Source: Babesia bigemina
Taxonomy: Eukaryota
Assembly: GCF_000981445.1 (NCBI RefSeq)
Contig: NC_027217.1
Span: 2,604,001 to 2,668,000, forward strand
Length of the DNA stretch: 64,000 bases
Reading direction: 5' to 3'
Part shown: positions 60,797 through 64,000 of the stretch, one piece after another
How positions within the stretch are numbered: the first letter of the stretch is position 1
Layout of the letters: the number at the start of each line of letters is the position of its first letter
The notes under the pieces: model-generated
What the model was told of the DNA's origin: nothing
Seen by the model: the letters and a program-made list of their open reading frames with translations, nothing else
The model's database searches: none
Translations under genes and position numbers: made by a program

Positions 60797-61753
60797 TTTT
60801 AGGATAGGTCCGATTATTTAAGCACTGCTAGAGCCCGGCGATATAATGGGCTCCGCGGCCGTGTGTAAAAGGATAGACAATAGATTCCGCTTCTGCGCGC
60901 GGCGGTTCACATGGCCCCACAGCACGACATCATGGGCCTATGCTGTCACACACACTGGCCTTCCACCACCTATCGCATTGCAGACACGTACACCTGTCGG
61001 ATGCGAGTCAATGCTGCCCGTCGAGTGCCATTGTGTGCGCTGTTGCCAATCCGTCTTCTGTCACTGACCCAGTGTGCATTGACAAGTGTGAAGCCTCGAT
61101 TCTGTGAACACGCAGCGTTGGATGTGCTAAGGTGCTAGAAGTGGCGTACATCCGAATAGAATCACTATTGAAAACATCTGTGTATGTGAAGGCGGTTGAT
61201 TGTCGGTGTCTAATGACGACTTCGGCGCCGCTTGTAGATGCGGTGAACGCGCACCGGCGAATCAGCATTTCCGGAGTTAAGAATCACAGATAGAAACTTA
61301 TCACCTGCATGAAAAGGCTCACAGAGCTTTGCAGTGCAATTCGTACGGCATTCTGTGTTCGTGGTCGGCGACGGTTCTGTGTAGGTGTATGGATGGCGGG
61401 AGTGTTGCATATTATACGGTGTGTGTACACTGATGGGTGTTTTTAGTTATGTCGGCGCTGTATGCTAACGCAAGTGTGTCCTTCTCAATGGCAGCGCAAC
61501 GTTTTGTCCAGTCAGAAATGCCCGCGGTGCTACCAGCGCTGGGCGCATGACGCGCTTGACACATCCTGTTAGAAATAGGCCGACTGGTGGTCATTTTTTA
61601 CAATACATTTGTCGCGTGCACAGTTATCACGTGGGTTATGTCGTTCCCTTTTTCATCCGCTTAGGCTGCCGTCGGAAAACAGCCTGTGCAGGTTGTAGGC
61701 CGGCTTTAACCGCTACACATTTACACTTTTCATAATTGCAATACTTTTTTTCA

Positions 61754-62377
61754 ATGGTTCAATCTCGAGCTGGGCCTTTCAACGGGCGGATGCTCTGGCG
61801 CAACGAGCTGAATCGCCTCTTCAGGCAGGGAAGGACGGGCGGCTGCGAACCTGTCAACCTCGCCGTCGTAGGAAGGTGTATCGACTACACCACTTCAACG
61901 GCACTCAATGCGCTGGATGGATACGGGAAGCTGTCCGAAGTGCTGGTCTCCACGTCGCCGAACACCCCTCCGATGGTCTCCGACGTTGACGAGCAACTCA
62001 TACTGAAGGTATTCTTCTTGGACCCAGTGAGCATCGTCTCAATCCAACTGTGCTGCGACGCGCCACCGGATGACCTAGAAGCCTCGAAACCCAAGACTGT
62101 TCGGGTGAGTTTGCATGTCATCTAAACAAATATCTAACAGCTATACACCAACCGGACGGAGTTCGACTTCAGTGAATCGGATTCCGTGATACCACAACAC
62201 GAAATCGTTTTAAATGAAGTTTCAGTCGGAGAAAAACAGACACTCAAGGGCACAAAGTTCGACAGGGTCACCAGCCTGCAAATTTTCATAGTAGACAACC
62301 TGGAGGGAAAGGAGCGCACGTATCTCCAACGACTTATCCTCATGGGCACAGTGCACCGACCATATCCTGATAGGTAG
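61754..62377 (+). CDS. PITH-domain protein, 2 exons
   Basis: SDVDEQLIL, PKTVR|LYTN..FDFSE, KFDRVTSLQIFIVDN; intron 62105-62140. Confidence 0.85.
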
Positions 62378-62755
62378 ATCTGTTTCACATCACGGCTGTC
62401 AATGCTAGGTTAACCGTGAGAAACGAAGTGTAGCTAATCGTAATTCATCTGGCGATAACGTAACACATGTTCTGTATACACTAACCAATCGTGTGCTAGT
62501 TTGTTAGGTATGACGATAGCTAGCACCGAGGGTGAGTGAAGTCAGTTGAATGGTTGAGTCGTGGTTGTGAAGCTGTATTAGCGGTGTGGGCACAAGCTAC
62601 GTAGCGTTTGGAGCTGCGTGTTGTTTACGGGGGTGTTTGTTAAGGCTGCCGCCAGCCAGAGAACGTAATAATCAACCGTAACACGCACTAGAATGATACA
62701 TACATGATACTATATTGATATTGCGATGTGGTGAGTCCATACTACGCCAGAATTG

Positions 62756-63206
62756 TCATACGAGGCCACGTCTGCTTTTACAGTGGGTTGGCGATGTTCC
62801 GTTGTTCCAGTAGTCACGCAATTGCTTGAAACCTGGATCCGATTTCCAAGCGAAGAAGTACATGACGGCCGCAATGAGTAGTAGGAATAAAACGGTTAGG
62901 CAGAAGGCCGTGATGCCTACCTTCGGCTTACACTTTTTACAACCACGTTTCATGAAATCGGGGCACTTCTTACAGGGTGCTCCAGGGCATTTGGCTTTGT
63001 GTTTACTCAGGATCTCAGTACATAAAGGGCATGTCTCTCCATTCGTAACTGTCCCGTTACAGTGCTTACAACACCAGTAACAGCAGTGACAACCATGTGC
63101 GCTACATCTTGTTATTTCATCACTAGGATTTTTACATATACATTTCGCGGTTTTTTCGTACATCTGGCGACTGTGGCACCACTGCTGGCTGCTTCACCTG
63201 GCCCAT
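62756..63206 (-). CDS. Small Cys-rich single-TM protein, family member 6 (subtype B)
   Basis: 16 Cys before the TM incl. CIC, CHCCYWCCKHC and CKKC twice; TM VGITAFCLTVLFLLLIAAVMYFFAW; tail DPGFKQLRDYWNNG. Start at 63163, or at 63206 via a 34-nt intron. Confidence 0.8.
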
Positions 63207-64000
63207 TTTTACCAACAATTAACCACTATGAAAAGCCTACCGTGCAGGTGGTGGCAATAAGGATCCTAGTTATCAATCACATATAACAACTCTAACTATA
63301 TAGGGAGCTATGGCGAAATAATATGGCAGCGTTAACTGTAAAGCGTATGGTTAAGGAATATCAAAACATTACTCTAAATCTCATTAGAGGATAGACCGCC
63401 ATCGCATGCTTAAAAACTTGTAGTCTTAGGGTACCCGCATATGCATTCATGTGCCCCATCACGTCACCTATATTATCTATACCGTGCGGATATGCCGCAA
63501 GCAATCTGATAAAGTACATAGACCACGTTATGCGTCGATAGGTGCGAAGATGAGTTGCATGAGGCTGTATAATTTCATCTGCGTTTGCTTGTACATAGCA
63601 TGAAGTAGTGACAGACGCAAGATATCAACATTAGGCATCCGATGTGACTGTTTACGTTTGTGCTGCATTACGAAAAAATTTGCCATGTGGTAGAATAAAT
63701 CCATTCCCTTATCAATAACGTGTTTTTACCTCGCCGCATAGACATCATGAGACGTCCATGCCGCTTCTGCGTGCAACAGATGCTGCAAATCCCGACTTAG
63801 TCGTATCAGCAGTGGTACTAAGGGGATATAAAGTAGGATTCTGCATGGATAGTCTCACAAGGTATATGTTAGCATTGTAAGCAAACTCGCTACAAAATCT
63901 ATAACATGGAATCGTAAGCAGGACTAACACCGTCTGAAACACTGATGCTTTCGCCGTTATGGGGTTAGACATAGTGGCAAGTAATTGAAGTGTAGGCGTG

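Noticed and set aside
1996..60802. Many long antisense or alternative-frame ORFs (e.g. 1996-3048, 46400-47695, 55236-56291, 59915-60802)
   Set aside because: They are shadows of GC3-rich real genes on the opposite strand and carry no recognisable motifs.
60797..61753. Possible ncRNA or small spliced gene between UAP56 and the PITH gene
   Set aside because: No tRNA, snRNA or snoRNA signature and no consistent exon chain could be identified by eye.

Overview
Eukaryotic, gene-dense apicomplexan DNA, most consistent with a Babesia species (inferred from GC-rich exons, many ~31-42 nt GT-AG introns, very short intergenic gaps and piroplasm-like proteins). Housekeeping blocks encode XPF, PRP16, RRP12, a CID-domain protein, a Faf1/DUF4602-like protein, lysyl-tRNA synthetase, SmE, RRP6, MUS81, a syntaxin, an ARM-like protein, an alpha/beta hydrolase, a PET117-like microprotein, an exportin, BRF1, a P5A ATPase, an MFS transporter, UAP56 and a PITH protein. 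Three AT-rich, gene-poor islands (~8.8-12.2 kb, ~47.8-53.3 kb, ~62.4-64 kb) interrupt these blocks. They carry a family of small single-pass membrane proteins, most with a very Cys/Lys-rich N-terminus, that I do not recognise (6 copies, two subtypes). Four copies form two head-to-head pairs about 1.7 kb apart. One copy has its middle replaced by a dead 3' fragment of an RLE-type non-LTR retrotransposon, which is notable because piroplasms are usually regarded as nearly free of transposable elements. Exon boundaries were read by eye and no database searches were run.
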